From Minisyncoccota bacterium (GTDB lineage Archaea > Nanobdellota > Nanobdellia > Pacearchaeales > GW2011-AR1): DNA of 64,000 bases. Positions 38,110-48,754 of this stretch are shown here, piece by piece. Numbering within the stretch: the first letter of the stretch is position 1; every line of letters starts with the position of its first letter. The translations under genes and the position numbers were made by a program. The DNA is taken from NCBI GenBank assembly GCA_035453125.1, contig DAOTCN010000001.1:85061-149060 (forward strand). Reading direction: 5' to 3'. The notes under the pieces are model-generated. The model was not told the origin of the DNA. It saw only the letters and a list, made by a program, of their open reading frames with translations, and did not search any database.

Positions 38110-38904
38110 TTATTCTTGCTTTTTAAGAATCTCTCTGATTTTTGGAAGAGCTCTTTTAGCAGATCTTCTTCCTTCTGCAATTAAATGTTTTGCTTCATAA
38201 AAATCAAAAGTACTTACTTTTACGTGAGGTCTTATTACTACATCTGCACCCTCTTCTTGAAATTTTGAAAGAAGACTGTTTTGAAAATAATTTGAATAAT
38301 TTGCAACATTAAAAAAACTAAAATTTTTTAATTCTTTTGTGTGATTAGCTTCAACATTTACAGCAATTATTTTTCCTTTTTTGTCATATTTTCTTGCAAT
38401 ACTCACTGGAAGTATATCTGAAACTCCCCCATCAACAATTAATGATTCTCCTAGTTTAAATGGTTCAAAAAAACCAGGTATTGAAATGCTAGATCTTATT
38501 GCATTAAATAAACTGCCTTTGTTAAATATGATCTTTTTTTGTTCTGATAAATTAAATCCAACTGCAATAAAATCTGTTTTAAGATCTTCTATATTTAGAT
38601 CTTTAGTAAAATCTTTTAGTTTTTCATCAACTCTTCTTGAATTAAACATATAATGATAGCTTGGAAGAGAAAAAAGCATTTTAAAAACATCTTTTTTCTT
38701 TAGATTTAAAAACATCTCTTTTGCTTCATTTAATTTACCTGCACAATACATTCCACCAATAAGTGCACCTGCACTTGTTCCAACAATTTTTTTAATAGGT
38801 ATTTTATTTTCATCAAGAATTTCTAGAACACCAATATGTGCAAGACCCTTTGCACCACCTCCACTTAAAACTACAGTTATACCCCTTCTTTTATTTTTTT
38901 TCAT
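38110..38904 (-). CDS. patatin-like phospholipase
   Basis: 264 aa; GGGAKG oxyanion motif, GTSAG serine hydrolase motif, catalytic DGG. Confidence 0.8.
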   Translation of the reverse strand: MKKNKRRGITVVLSGGGAKGLAHIGVLEILDENKIPIKKIVGTSAGALIGGMYCAGKLNEAKEMFLNLKKKDVFKMLFSLPSYHYMFNSRRVDEKLKDFTKDLNIEDLKTDFIAVGFNLSEQKKIIFNKGSLFNAIRSSISIPGFFEPFKLGESLIVDGGVSDILPVSIARKYDKKGKIIAVNVEANHTKELKNFSFFNVANYSNYFQNSLLSKFQEEGADVVIRPHVKVSTFDFYEAKHLIAEGRRSAKRALPKIREILKKQE

Positions 38905-38961
38905 ATTAACTAATATTTATTTTTGCTTAAATATCTTTTGTTATCTTTAGTTTACAGGAGA

Positions 38962-39528
38962 TTACATTTCATCTTTACAAGATTCACATAAATTTCTACC
39001 ATCTACTAATTCAAGAATATCAAAATTACCACATTCTTCGCATGGAGATTCAATAAAAATTCCTTTCTTTGCAAAGTCACTTCTTTGAATTTTTTCGTAT
39101 TCTTCTCTTATTTTTTCATATTCCCTATTAGAATCAAATATTTCTGGAATAAATTTTACAATATCTTTCAGTGTGATATATCCTATTATATATTTGTTTG
39201 AAATAACCGGCATTCTTCTGATTTTGTGCTTGTTCATTTTTTGGAGAGCTTCTTTTAAAGAAGATTCTGGTTTTATTGTATATACTTTTTTTGTTGCTAC
39301 TTCTTTTGCAGTTATTTTTTCAAAATCACAATTTTTTGGTTTTTTTGTAAGTGCCCAAATAATATCTTTTTCAGTTATAATACCTTTTAGTTCCTCTCCT
39401 TTTTTTAAAACAAGGCTTCCTACTCTATTTTTTATCATTTTTTTGGCACAATCTAAAATATTTGAATCAGGATCTGTAGATGCAAATTTACGGGTCATTA
39501 CATCACCTACTCTTATACGATTTTCCAT
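38962..39528 (-). CDS. CBS-domain pair protein with C-terminal zinc ribbon
   Basis: 188 aa; two CBS repeats; CEECG..(13)..CESC. Confidence 0.6.
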   Translation of the reverse strand: MENRIRVGDVMTRKFASTDPDSNILDCAKKMIKNRVGSLVLKKGEELKGIITEKDIIWALTKKPKNCDFEKITAKEVATKKVYTIKPESSLKEALQKMNKHKIRRMPVISNKYIIGYITLKDIVKFIPEIFDSNREYEKIREEYEKIQRSDFAKKGIFIESPCEECGNFDILELVDGRNLCESCKDEM

Positions 39529-39650
39529 TATTTAGTTAAGTTTCTTAAGTTTATATAAGTTATGAAATTGTTTTTTGGTTATTTATTTTACTACATAAAT
39601 GCTTAAAAATTGACTTTTATTCAAATTTTTAGAGGTTATTTTTAATAAAG

Positions 39651-41258
39651 ATGGCTGATAATAAACAAGTATATGTTTTACCTGAAAATGTTCAAAGAAT
39701 GTTAGGTCAGGATGCTCAAAGAAATAATATTCTAGCTGCGAGAATAGTTGCAGATACTGTTAAAACAACTCTTGGACCGAAAGGTATGGATAAGATGCTT
39801 GTCGATTCTACAGGTAATGTTATTGTTACAAATGATGGAGTTACTATTCTTGAGGAAATGGATGTTGAACATCCTGCTGCAAAAATGATGGTTGAAATTG
39901 CAAAGACTCAGGAAAAAGAAGTTGGTGATGGAACTACTACTGCAGTTATGCTTGCCGGAAAATTGTTGGAAAATGCTGAAAAACTTTTAGATAAAAAAAT
40001 ACATCCAACAATAATAACAAAAGGTTATCAAATTGCCTCTGAAAAATCAATTCAAATACTTAATGATATTGCATCAAGAGTTACAACAGAAGATGATATT
40101 GCACTTAAACAATTAGCAATAACCTCTATGACTGGAAAAAGTATTGAAGGTGTAAAAGAAAAATTTTCAGATATTGTTGTTAATGCAGTTAAACTAGTAG
40201 AAGATTACGGGAAAATTGATTTAAATAATATTAAAATTGAAAAAATTCAGGGAGATAGTATTAAAGATAGTGAGCTGGTTTCTGGAATTGTTTTAGATAT
40301 AGAAAAAATTAACATTGATATGCCGAAGATTGTTGAAAATGCACGTATCTCTTTAGTTGATTTTCCAATTGAATTAAAAAATCCAGAAATTGAAACTAAA
40401 TTAAGCATTTCAAGTCCTGAAGAATTACAGAGTTTTGTTGAATCTGAAGAGATTATGTTAAGAGAGATAGTTAATAAAATTAAAAAGACTGGAGCAAATG
40501 TTATTTTTTGTCAAAAAGGTATTGATGATGTTGCACAATATTTTTTGACAAAGGCAAATATATATGCTTGTAGAAGAGTTTCAAAGAGTGATATGGAAAA
40601 ACTGTCTAAGGCAACTGGTGCAAAAATAGTTAGTAATTTAAATGAATTGAGCAGTGATGATTTAGGAAGTGCAAAAAGCGTTGAAGAAGTAAATGAAGGA
40701 AGTAATTTAATGACTTATGTTCGAGGATGTTTAAATCCAAAAGCAGTTACTATTTTGATTCGCGGTGGTTCTGAACATGTTCTTGATGAAACTGAAAGAG
40801 CTGTAAAAGATGGATTGGGAGATGTTAGTGCTGTACTTAGAGATGGGATGATTGTTGCTGGTGGTGGTGCTATTGAGATTGAACTTGCAAAGAAGTTAAG
40901 GGAGTTTTCTCAATCTCTTTCTGGAAGAGAACAATTAGCTGTTGAAGAGTTTGCTTCTTCCCTTGAATTTATACCAATAACTCTTTCTGAAAATGCAGGA
41001 ATGGATCCAATTGATGTTATTACTGAAATGAAATCTTGTCATGATAATGGCAAAAAAAATTTTGGTTTAAATCTTTTTAATGGAAAAATAGAGGACACTT
41101 TTTTAGCAGGAATAATTGAACCTTTGAAAGTTAAAACTCAAGCAATAAACTCAGCATCTGAAGTAGCTATTATGATCTTAAGAATTGATGATGTTATTGC
41201 TGCAAATAGTAAAAAACAATCTAATTCTGGAAGAAATTATTTGCAGGATTATGATTAG
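39651..41258 (+). CDS. ths: thermosome subunit (group II chaperonin)
   Basis: 535 aa; [21 protein letters not shown]-binding motifs, helical protrusion region. Confidence 0.95.
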   Translation: MADNKQVYVLPENVQRMLGQDAQRNNILAARIVADTVKTTLGPKGMDKMLVDSTGNVIVTNDGVTILEEMDVEHPAAKMMVEIAKTQEKEVGDGTTTAVMLAGKLLENAEKLLDKKIHPTIITKGYQIASEKSIQILNDIASRVTTEDDIALKQLAITSMTGKSIEGVKEKFSDIVVNAVKLVEDYGKIDLNNIKIEKIQGDSIKDSELVSGIVLDIEKINIDMPKIVENARISLVDFPIELKNPEIETKLSISSPEELQSFVESEEIMLREIVNKIKKTGANVIFCQKGIDDVAQYFLTKANIYACRRVSKSDMEKLSKATGAKIVSNLNELSSDDLGSAKSVEEVNEGSNLMTYVRGCLNPKAVTILIRGGSEHVLDETERAVKDGLGDVSAVLRDGMIVAGGGAIEIELAKKLREFSQSLSGREQLAVEEFASSLEFIPITLSENAGMDPIDVITEMKSCHDNGKKNFGLNLFNGKIEDTFLAGIIEPLKVKTQAINSASEVAIMILRIDDVIAANSKKQSNSGRNYLQDYD

Positions 41259-41491
41259 AATATGAAATTGTAATTAACTTTATAAAATAGTAGCACAAAA
41301 TGTCAATTATATTAAACTTTAATAATCCTTTACCATTACACTTTTAACAAATTGAGGAATACAAGTCATTCGTATTCCCACATTATCCAACCAGATTTTT
41401 AATGATATTATATTTAAGATTGATTTTATTATTAAGATAAAGTTTAAATATCTCTTTTTTATTAGTTTTATTATTAATTAAGAGGTATTTT

Positions 41492-41992
41492 ATGGCAGAA
41501 AAAGATAAGATTACTGAAACAAAAGTAAAATATAATGGTCTTTTTGATTTTAAAGAAACTTATTCATTTATTTATAGATGGTTAGTTGATGAAGATTATT
41601 GGGTTGAAGAAAAAAAATATGTTGAAGAAGTCGGTGGAGATTCTAAGAAAGTTGAAATTGAATGGCAGGCATCTAAAAAAATTTCAGATTATTTTAAAAA
41701 TACTTTAAAACTTAACTGGAGAATTGTTGGTATGAAAACAGTTGAAGTTGAGAAAGATGGTAGGAAAGTGAAAATGAATAATGGAAGTTTTGAAGTTAAG
41801 ATAACTGCTGTACTTGTAAAAGATTGGGGTAGTCAGTGGGATTCTTCACCTGCTATGAAATTCTTAAGAGGTACATATGATAAATTTGTAATTGAAGGTA
41901 GGATAAAACAATATGAAATTAAGCTTGATAAGGACTTAAATGAGCTTGCAGAGCAACTTAAGGCTTTTTTAGTTTTAGAAGCTAAAAAATAG
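41492..41992 (+). CDS. hypothetical protein
   Basis: 166 aa ORF with no recognisable motif. Confidence 0.4.
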   Translation: MAEKDKITETKVKYNGLFDFKETYSFIYRWLVDEDYWVEEKKYVEEVGGDSKKVEIEWQASKKISDYFKNTLKLNWRIVGMKTVEVEKDGRKVKMNNGSFEVKITAVLVKDWGSQWDSSPAMKFLRGTYDKFVIEGRIKQYEIKLDKDLNELAEQLKAFLVLEAKK

Positions 41993-42050
41993 CTTTTCTT
42001 TTTATCATAATAGAAGGGTAAATTTTTAACATAATATTTATATATCTCTC

Positions 42051-43454
42051 TTGTTACTTCAATTAATGAAATATCAAAAAAGAGTTATTTTTATGTTTTT
42101 TTTGTTACTTTTAATTGTAAGTTTTGTTTCTGCTTTAAATATTGAAGCAAATTTTAAACCTGATTCTGTTTCTATAATAAATAATTATGATGAACCAGCT
42201 GTTTTTGATTTTTATGTTAAAAATAACGATTCTGATGTAACACTTCAGTTTTTTACATATGAGAGATTTAGGATAGAACCAGATAATTTTACTTTAAGTA
42301 AAGGTGCATCAAAAAATATTAATGTTAAATTTTATGCATTTGATTTTATGAGAAATAATGTAGGATATATTTCTATGCCAGTTTATATAAGAAATATTCA
42401 AAATCCTGAAGATTTTTATAAAATTGATAAATTAATAATTAAGCTTGTCAATTTAAATAATGCTTTTGAAATTGAATCTGAAAATATAAATCCTCAATCT
42501 AATTTTGGAAAGATATATATTCAAAGTTTGGAAAATATTAATTATTCTAATATAAATTTAATGATTAATTCTGTTTTTTCTGATTCTAAAAAAGAAATCT
42601 TAAATTTGAAACCTTATGAAAAAAAAGAAATAATTTTTCCATTAGATCAAGAAAAGATGAAAGAGTTATTAGCAGGTGAATATAATGTTGAGCTGTTTTT
42701 TACAGTTAATGGACAGACAAATAGTTTTAAAGTACCTGTTAAATTGCTTGAAAAATCAGGACTTTCAGTTAAAGAATTTTCAAAGGGTTTTATTATTCAG
42801 GAATTAAGCATTGAAAAATTAAATGAAGGAAATATAATGTCTGTTGCAGATATTAGCATTAAAAAAAATATAATTTCTAGATTTTTTACAACCTTTTCTT
42901 CTGAACCAGATAGAGTTGAAAGAAAAGGATTATTTGTTTATTATTCATGGCAGAAAGAACTTAGACCAAATCAATCTTTGAAGGTTAATATAAAAACAAA
43001 TTTTATTTTTCCTTTTATAATTTTAATTCTTATGATAATTATTAGTATTCTTGTTAAACTTTTGTTTAGACAAGATGTAATTGTTAAAAAAAGAGTAGGA
43101 TTTGTTAAAACAAAATCAAATGATTTTGCATTAAAAGTAACTATTTCAGTTAAAACAAGAAAATTTATTGAACATATTAAGATATTTGATAGGATACCAG
43201 CTATTGCTAAATTATATGAAAATTTCGGAGATCCAAAACCAATTATAAGGGAGAATGGAAGGCTTGAATGGACTTTAGACCGTCTTTCTGAAGGTGAAGA
43301 AAGAGTTTTTAGTTATATTTTTTATTCAAAAATTAATGTTGTTGGAAAGTTTGAACTTCCACCAGTTACTGTTTTATTTGAAAAAGAAGGAAAACCTAAA
43401 GAGATTAATTCAAACAGAGTTTTTTTTATTAATGAACCAAAAAAAGACTATTAA
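42051..43454 (+). CDS. membrane-anchored hypothetical protein (N-terminal signal/TM and internal TM)
   Basis: 467 aa; hydrophobic N-terminus and a TM segment near residue 330. Confidence 0.4.
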   Translation: MLLQLMKYQKRVIFMFFLLLLIVSFVSALNIEANFKPDSVSIINNYDEPAVFDFYVKNNDSDVTLQFFTYERFRIEPDNFTLSKGASKNINVKFYAFDFMRNNVGYISMPVYIRNIQNPEDFYKIDKLIIKLVNLNNAFEIESENINPQSNFGKIYIQSLENINYSNINLMINSVFSDSKKEILNLKPYEKKEIIFPLDQEKMKELLAGEYNVELFFTVNGQTNSFKVPVKLLEKSGLSVKEFSKGFIIQELSIEKLNEGNIMSVADISIKKNIISRFFTTFSSEPDRVERKGLFVYYSWQKELRPNQSLKVNIKTNFIFPFIILILMIIISILVKLLFRQDVIVKKRVGFVKTKSNDFALKVTISVKTRKFIEHIKIFDRIPAIAKLYENFGDPKPIIRENGRLEWTLDRLSEGEERVFSYIFYSKINVVGKFELPPVTVLFEKEGKPKEINSNRVFFINEPKKDY

Positions 43455-43500
43455 CCTAATTCGTGATAAATTATTTAAACTATTGTTTATTTTATACTAA

Positions 43501-45000
43501 ATGAAAAAAGATAGGAGAATAAGCATTATTTTTATAATTCTTTTTAGTTTAATTACTTTGTTAATACTAATTATTGCTAATTTTGGTATTTTAGGTAATG
43601 TTATTAATTTAAGTTTTAATAAATGTGGAAGAATTGATAATTTTAAGTGTGTAAATGATACTTCGGTTAATTTATGTTTATCTATGTTTGCTTATGGAAA
43701 TGTTAATGAAGCTTCAACTGAAGGTTGTGTTACTTTTTGGAAAGAATCAAATCCTGGAAAAGAAAAAAATATTGATAAATTAAAAAAATGTGCAATGGAT
43801 TACAGGGAAAGAAGTATTAGCATTTATGAATTTCAATCTTGTTTGAATTATTGGAATGTTTATTTGGAAAATATTGCTTCAAGTTATGTTGCAAAACCAA
43901 TTATTATGAAAGAGATAGGTATTTTTACAGATACTGGAAGATATTTTGTTTATCAGTGGAATTATGATAAATGGGTAGAAATTACTGATGAGACTATGAA
44001 AGGAGATTATCTTGATGAAAAAACATCAAGGTGGTTTAATGAATATACTAATGAGTCTGGTCTTTTACCAAGAAGTATTACTCCTATAGTAAGTTATTAT
44101 TATCCTTCAACTGATGGTGGAAGAATTCATTTGTGGGCAAAAGTTAATGATAAAATGAAGTTTTTTATTTATAATCCAAGTTCTTTATTGAGTGTTAAGG
44201 GATGGTATGATAGAACTAATTTATTGTCTGGAACAGATTATAATTCTATCTTAAAACAATGGTGTGATACTTCAAAATGTGGAGTATTGCCTAAAAATTT
44301 TGAGATTTTAACGGGATATCATTTTTATGATACTAATAATGTTGGTAGAGTTAATTTATTTGGTTTAATAGATAATCAAGTTCATTTATTAGTTTATAAT
44401 CCTAATGTTAATTTGTGGTATGATAGAACTGAGGATATTTTTTCAGAAGGTTCTGAGAAATTTAGTGCAGATTTTATACCAAAAGTCGGATTTTATAGTG
44501 AACTAACTGGTAAGGAAGTTTATTTGTTTGGAAAGACAAATCCTGATAAGTATGGAATTACAACTAAACTTTATGTTTATAATATCTCAAATGGTTCTTG
44601 GTCTGAAAGATCAATTTTTAATTTGATGCTTCCAGATAAATATCCTCAAGCAGGATATTATGACTTTGCCTTGAATAAAAATGTTTTATGGTATAATGGG
44701 AATTTGGTTTATACAAGCGCTGATGGAAAATATTCTGTTTCTAAAGATTACTTAGAAGGAAGCGGAAGATTGCCACCAAATGAGTTTTATTTAACTTGCA
44801 AAAATTCTCAATTAACTACTGAACAACAAGAATATTTGAATTTGTTTAATAGTGAATTTGAGTTGTCTGATGAAATTAAATTATTTATTGTAGAAAAATA
44901 TCCTTGGATGAATGTGAAAAGCTTAACAAATTGTGACAAAGTATTTATGATTAAGGATTTTTCTGATGCAATATCTGTATTAGGAGCTTCGTTTTCTTAA
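43501..45000 (+). CDS. secreted/membrane-anchored hypothetical protein
   Basis: 499 aa; N-terminal TM/signal; aromatic-rich repeats. Confidence 0.4.
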   Translation: MKKDRRISIIFIILFSLITLLILIIANFGILGNVINLSFNKCGRIDNFKCVNDTSVNLCLSMFAYGNVNEASTEGCVTFWKESNPGKEKNIDKLKKCAMDYRERSISIYEFQSCLNYWNVYLENIASSYVAKPIIMKEIGIFTDTGRYFVYQWNYDKWVEITDETMKGDYLDEKTSRWFNEYTNESGLLPRSITPIVSYYYPSTDGGRIHLWAKVNDKMKFFIYNPSSLLSVKGWYDRTNLLSGTDYNSILKQWCDTSKCGVLPKNFEILTGYHFYDTNNVGRVNLFGLIDNQVHLLVYNPNVNLWYDRTEDIFSEGSEKFSADFIPKVGFYSELTGKEVYLFGKTNPDKYGITTKLYVYNISNGSWSERSIFNLMLPDKYPQAGYYDFALNKNVLWYNGNLVYTSADGKYSVSKDYLEGSGRLPPNEFYLTCKNSQLTTEQQEYLNLFNSEFELSDEIKLFIVEKYPWMNVKSLTNCDKVFMIKDFSDAISVLGASFS

Positions 45001-45001
45001 A

Positions 45002-46384
45002 ATGAAAAATTCATTAAAGATATTGGTTTTTGTTTTTTTCTTAGTTTTAACTTTATTTTTTGTTAGTTCATATAAAGTTGGAGATGTAGTTGAAAAAAAG
45101 ATATATTCTACTTTTTGTGGTACCACTTCTCCTATTATTGATTATATAAATGATCATGGAGGAACTTATTTTGGTGAGGAATTGGTTGTTGGACTTCCTT
45201 ATTCCCCCTCTACTTCAGGTCATTTTTATATTAATCTTTCAGTGCTTAATCCTCCTGGTTGCTTCCATGGTTATGAATTAGCTGTTTGGGAAAAAATAGC
45301 TAAAGAAAATTCTCATTGTTTATTAAGTAATTATTGTGATATTTCAGAAGGATTAGTATGTGCTAGGTTATATTATGAGGTTGATTTTAGGAATAGTTTT
45401 CAACTCGATCGTGTTGCAAGAGCTTACTATATGACTACTGTAGAAACATGTCAAAAATGTAATCAAGAGATTGTTAGAAATGAAAAACAAATTGATTATG
45501 ATGGAGTTAATGGAGTGATTAGAGTAGATATGTTAGTAAGTAGAAATAAGTGTGCTTTTAAAGATAAGATTTGTGCAAATGGTGAAAAGTTTGGTGATCC
45601 TTGTTTAGGTTTAGCTTGTCCAGAAATGCATTGTGAAATAAATGATAAAAATAGAGATGGAGATTTTGATGATGAATCTGATTATATTTGTGTTGCAGAT
45701 GAAAAAGAAAAGAGTTTGAGTGAAGCTGTTTCAAAATATACTCTTGATGCAAAAGCTTTGGAGAAATTGTATGAAAAGGGCTGTTGTGATGATAAAGTCA
45801 ACTATCAATCATGTTCTTCTGGAATACTTGGTAAAAAGAAGTGTTGTAGAATCGGGACAGAATGTTGTGATAACCGTTGCTGTTATGATTATCAAAATTG
45901 TATCTCTTATGGTCCTTTAGGATCATATAATTTCTGTACAGACAATATAACTATTTGTCCTCCAGAAAAACCAGTTCGATGTGATCCTGATCCAAGTCTT
46001 GCTAATACTCCCGATAGTAATTCGAGAAAACCAGTCTGTTGTAGAAGTGATCAGACTTGTTCTTATGCTATTTTAGAAACACCTCTTGGAGATAGAAAGA
46101 TAGGAACCTGTGCACCCTTAACTGAATGTGAAAATCCTTGCGGAGTTGTAGCTGATGGCCAACCAAAAGTCTGTTGTAAACCTGATCAAGAATGCAATTC
46201 TATTTCGGGCGTTCCTTTTTGTCAGGCTAAAGATGATAAGTCATGTCCTTCTGACATACCTTTTGCTTGTACAAGTATTAATCCTAAAGGTCCTAAAGAT
46301 ATTAGAATCTGTTGTCTTCCAGGTAGTACTTGTGAGTATAATCCTGAAGATGATACTCCTTATTGCGGAAAACCAAAAAGTTAA
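45002..46384 (+). CDS. secreted cysteine-rich protein
   Basis: 460 aa; signal peptide; C-terminal half packed with CC/CxC motifs (e.g. KKKCCRIGTECCDNRCCYDYQNC). Confidence 0.4.
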   Translation: MKNSLKILVFVFFLVLTLFFVSSYKVGDVVEKKIYSTFCGTTSPIIDYINDHGGTYFGEELVVGLPYSPSTSGHFYINLSVLNPPGCFHGYELAVWEKIAKENSHCLLSNYCDISEGLVCARLYYEVDFRNSFQLDRVARAYYMTTVETCQKCNQEIVRNEKQIDYDGVNGVIRVDMLVSRNKCAFKDKICANGEKFGDPCLGLACPEMHCEINDKNRDGDFDDESDYICVADEKEKSLSEAVSKYTLDAKALEKLYEKGCCDDKVNYQSCSSGILGKKKCCRIGTECCDNRCCYDYQNCISYGPLGSYNFCTDNITICPPEKPVRCDPDPSLANTPDSNSRKPVCCRSDQTCSYAILETPLGDRKIGTCAPLTECENPCGVVADGQPKVCCKPDQECNSISGVPFCQAKDDKSCPSDIPFACTSINPKGPKDIRICCLPGSTCEYNPEDDTPYCGKPKS

Positions 46385-46393
46385 AAGAATTAT

Positions 46394-46780
46394 TTAGAAA
46401 AAAACGATTGAGTCAAAAATTTCATAAGCTCTTTCCATTAAGAAAACTTTGTCTTTTATCTCTAGATTATCTAATTTAATAAAAGGATAGTTTTCACTTG
46501 CCCATTTTATGTCATGTTCACTTAAACCTTCTGTTCTTGCATAATCGTTGAAGGCTTTAAGACATTTTATTTGTTCAGCTGTTAAATTGGATTCATCAAG
46601 TCTTCCGTATTTTTGTCTGTATTCTTTGTAAGCTTTTCTTTGCTTTTCAGTCATTTCTTGAGCATTATTCACTTTATTATTCAAAGTAGCACAGCTGTTA
46701 AGAACAAGTGCAGATAAACCAGCACCAGCACCAATTCCAAACTCTTTCAAAAATCCCCTTCTTGATATTTCTTTTTCCAT
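46394..46780 (-). CDS. Tat-signal lipoprotein-like hypothetical protein
   Basis: 128 aa; RRGFLK..GAGAGLSALVLNSC (Tat signal plus lipobox-like Cys). Confidence 0.4.
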   Translation of the reverse strand: MEKEISRRGFLKEFGIGAGAGLSALVLNSCATLNNKVNNAQEMTEKQRKAYKEYRQKYGRLDESNLTAEQIKCLKAFNDYARTEGLSEHDIKWASENYPFIKLDNLEIKDKVFLMERAYEIFDSIVFF

Positions 46781-46872
46781 GATTATCTTAAGTAGATTAT
46801 GTATTTAAATCTTTCTATTTGTTGTTACTTAATAATAGTTATTTTTATTGGTGATTAAGCTTGGTTAAGCTG

Positions 46873-47391
46873 TTAAGGTGTAAATGAATCTTTGTACGAT
46901 AATGCACTTTCCTCTTTTATTTTTTTACCATATTTAACTCTATAAATCTCTTGCATTATGAAAATTTTGTCATTTACTGGCCATTTTTTTGGATCAGAAT
47001 CTTGACTTATAAAACTATAATTTTTATGAATCCATTTCATTTCTTTTTTTGAAAGTCCATTATTCTCTTTTAAATATTTGTTAAAATCATTAAAATATTC
47101 TATTTCTTCTTTTATTAAACTACTTTTATTTATTCTAGTATATCTTTTTAATACGCTTATTTTATCTTTTTCTGACAACTTAAAGTTATAACTATTTACT
47201 CTACTTCTAAAAAAATTTGTTTCTTTATTATTTGTTAAATTGTATTCATCTTTAATCCATGCTTCTTCAGGATATGATCCTAGAGGTATTGTTCTGCATC
47301 CACTAAAACAAGAAGATGAGAAAATTATTCCTGCTAAGGTTATTGATTCTAAAGTATTTCTTAATATTTTTTTTGGTTTGTTTTCAATCAT
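46873..47391 (-). CDS. secreted hypothetical protein, paralog of 46394-46780
   Basis: 172 aa; shared C-terminal motif (..NYPFIKLDN..DKVFLMERAYEIF vs ..NYSFISQDS..DKIFIMQEIYRV). Confidence 0.4.
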   Translation of the reverse strand: MIENKPKKILRNTLESITLAGIIFSSSCFSGCRTIPLGSYPEEAWIKDEYNLTNNKETNFFRSRVNSYNFKLSEKDKISVLKRYTRINKSSLIKEEIEYFNDFNKYLKENNGLSKKEMKWIHKNYSFISQDSDPKKWPVNDKIFIMQEIYRVKYGKKIKEESALSYKDSFTP

Positions 47392-47469
47392 AAACTTTTC
47401 TTGAATCGGTAACTATTTAAACTTTGCTTAAAAGCAAAGCTTATATACTAAGGTATAAGATTACTTTTT

Positions 47470-47841
47470 ATGATAAATAAAAAAAATGCAAGTTTGATTA
47501 ATATTATTGAAATTGAAAAAGCACCTTGTTGCTCACCAACAAATTCATTTAGTGTTTGGGTTCTTGATGAAAATGGGAAACCTTTACAGGAAGGTTTTGT
47601 ATTTACTTCTTCATATAATATTTATGAATTAAATTCTAAGAAAAATTATATTTGTGAACTTTTTGAGGAATCAAGTCTAAACGGTAATTGTGATAAAAAT
47701 AATAAGCATATTTTTGCTGTTGCTGATAATAAGGAAGAAGGTGAAAAAAAATTATATCAGAGAGCATATTATAGGGCTAATGAATTAGCCAATAAATACC
47801 GTGTTTCTGTTTTTGATTTTACAAGAAGGAACAAAAAGTAA
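47470..47841 (+). CDS. hypothetical protein
   Basis: 123 aa ORF with no recognisable motif. Confidence 0.3.
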   Translation: MINKKNASLINIIEIEKAPCCSPTNSFSVWVLDENGKPLQEGFVFTSSYNIYELNSKKNYICELFEESSLNGNCDKNNKHIFAVADNKEEGEKKLYQRAYYRANELANKYRVSVFDFTRRNKK

Positions 47842-47954
47842 CTAAATAATTGATTCTAAAAGAATCAAAATCATTTCTTGTGCGATACATTCTAGGTTTT
47901 TTGATTTTTCTTTTATGAATATATTTAAAAACAATTAAGTTCTTTAATTTTTAA

Positions 47955-48106
47955 CCCCGCATAGCTCAGTGGTTAGAGCGCCTGGCTGTAGACAATTGTC
48001 TAGGGTGGATTTTCCGTTTTGGAAATAAAATGAAACCTGATTAGAATAAATCCGTTAGGATTTAGCAGATCCCGGGAGATCCCCAGTTCAACTCTGGGTG
48101 CGGGGA
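47955..48106 (+). tRNA. tRNA-Tyr (anticodon GTA) with an intron of about 78 nt at position 37/38
   Basis: Acceptor CCCCGCA/TGCGGGG+A with a C1:G72 pair (archaeal Tyr identity), D-arm GCTC-AGTGGTTA-GAGC, anticodon stem CCTGG/CCGGG with loop CTGTAG|intron, T-arm CCCAG-TTCAACT-CTGGG. Confidence 0.7.
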
Positions 48107-48419
48107 TATATACTTTCTAGATAAATATTAAAATTTTGTAGTTTAACTATAATTATGAAAACTATTTTTTCTTATTTTCTAATCTTTAATTTTTTTAGAA
48201 CTCGAGGAATTAATCTTTTACTTTTTGCTTTTTCTTCTCTTGCTTTTTTCAGTTTTGCAATTTTTTTCAGTTTTGCAATTTTAGAATCTTTTGATTTTTT
48301 ACTCGGATTTCTTCCATTAATAACCTTTCTTTTTTTATTCTTGAATTTAATCTGCTCTCTTTTTTTACTTTTCATTATTGACCTCTTTTTTAATTTAAGG
48401 ATTAAATATTGCTGACATC

Positions 48420-48650
48420 TGGACTCGGTGAAGAAGTTCCTCAAGCAGGGGTTGACATCAATCTTAACCTACCAACAGCTTTAAAGGTTATCTCTTCGCT
48501 ACATATGGAAGCTTAACAGGTATAGGTTTCGTAAGACGAGTTATAGTCCAGTCGTCATTATTAATAGCTGAATACCTGACAGAGGCTTGTATGCCAGCAT
48601 CCTTTTCAGGACAACCGAAATGTCCTAGTCAGCTTATTTATATTATTATG
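48420..48650 (+). ncRNA. candidate structured ncRNA (GC-rich island; identity unresolved, e.g. SRP RNA, RNase P RNA or sRNA)
   Basis: GC content well above the flanks; stable hairpins (CCTGACAGAGG...CCTTTTCAGG; GGACAaccgaaaTGTCC) followed by a T-rich run; no ORF. Confidence 0.3.
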
Positions 48651-48754
48651 TTTTCTACTTTATAAGTGTTTATTACTACTTTATAATTAAAATATTATTT
48701 TTTATTTAATCATAAAATTAGTATTGATTAGAATGTAGTACACTTAATTATTTT

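Noticed and set aside
48155-48444. Overlapping 86-aa (+) and 90-aa (-) K-rich/F-rich ORFs with a short tandem repeat (TTTTCAGTTTTGCAATT x2)
   Set aside because: Both are low-complexity translations of an A/T tract between tRNA-Tyr and the GC-rich RNA candidate, more likely intergenic or a leader region. The basic minus-strand ORF cannot be fully excluded.
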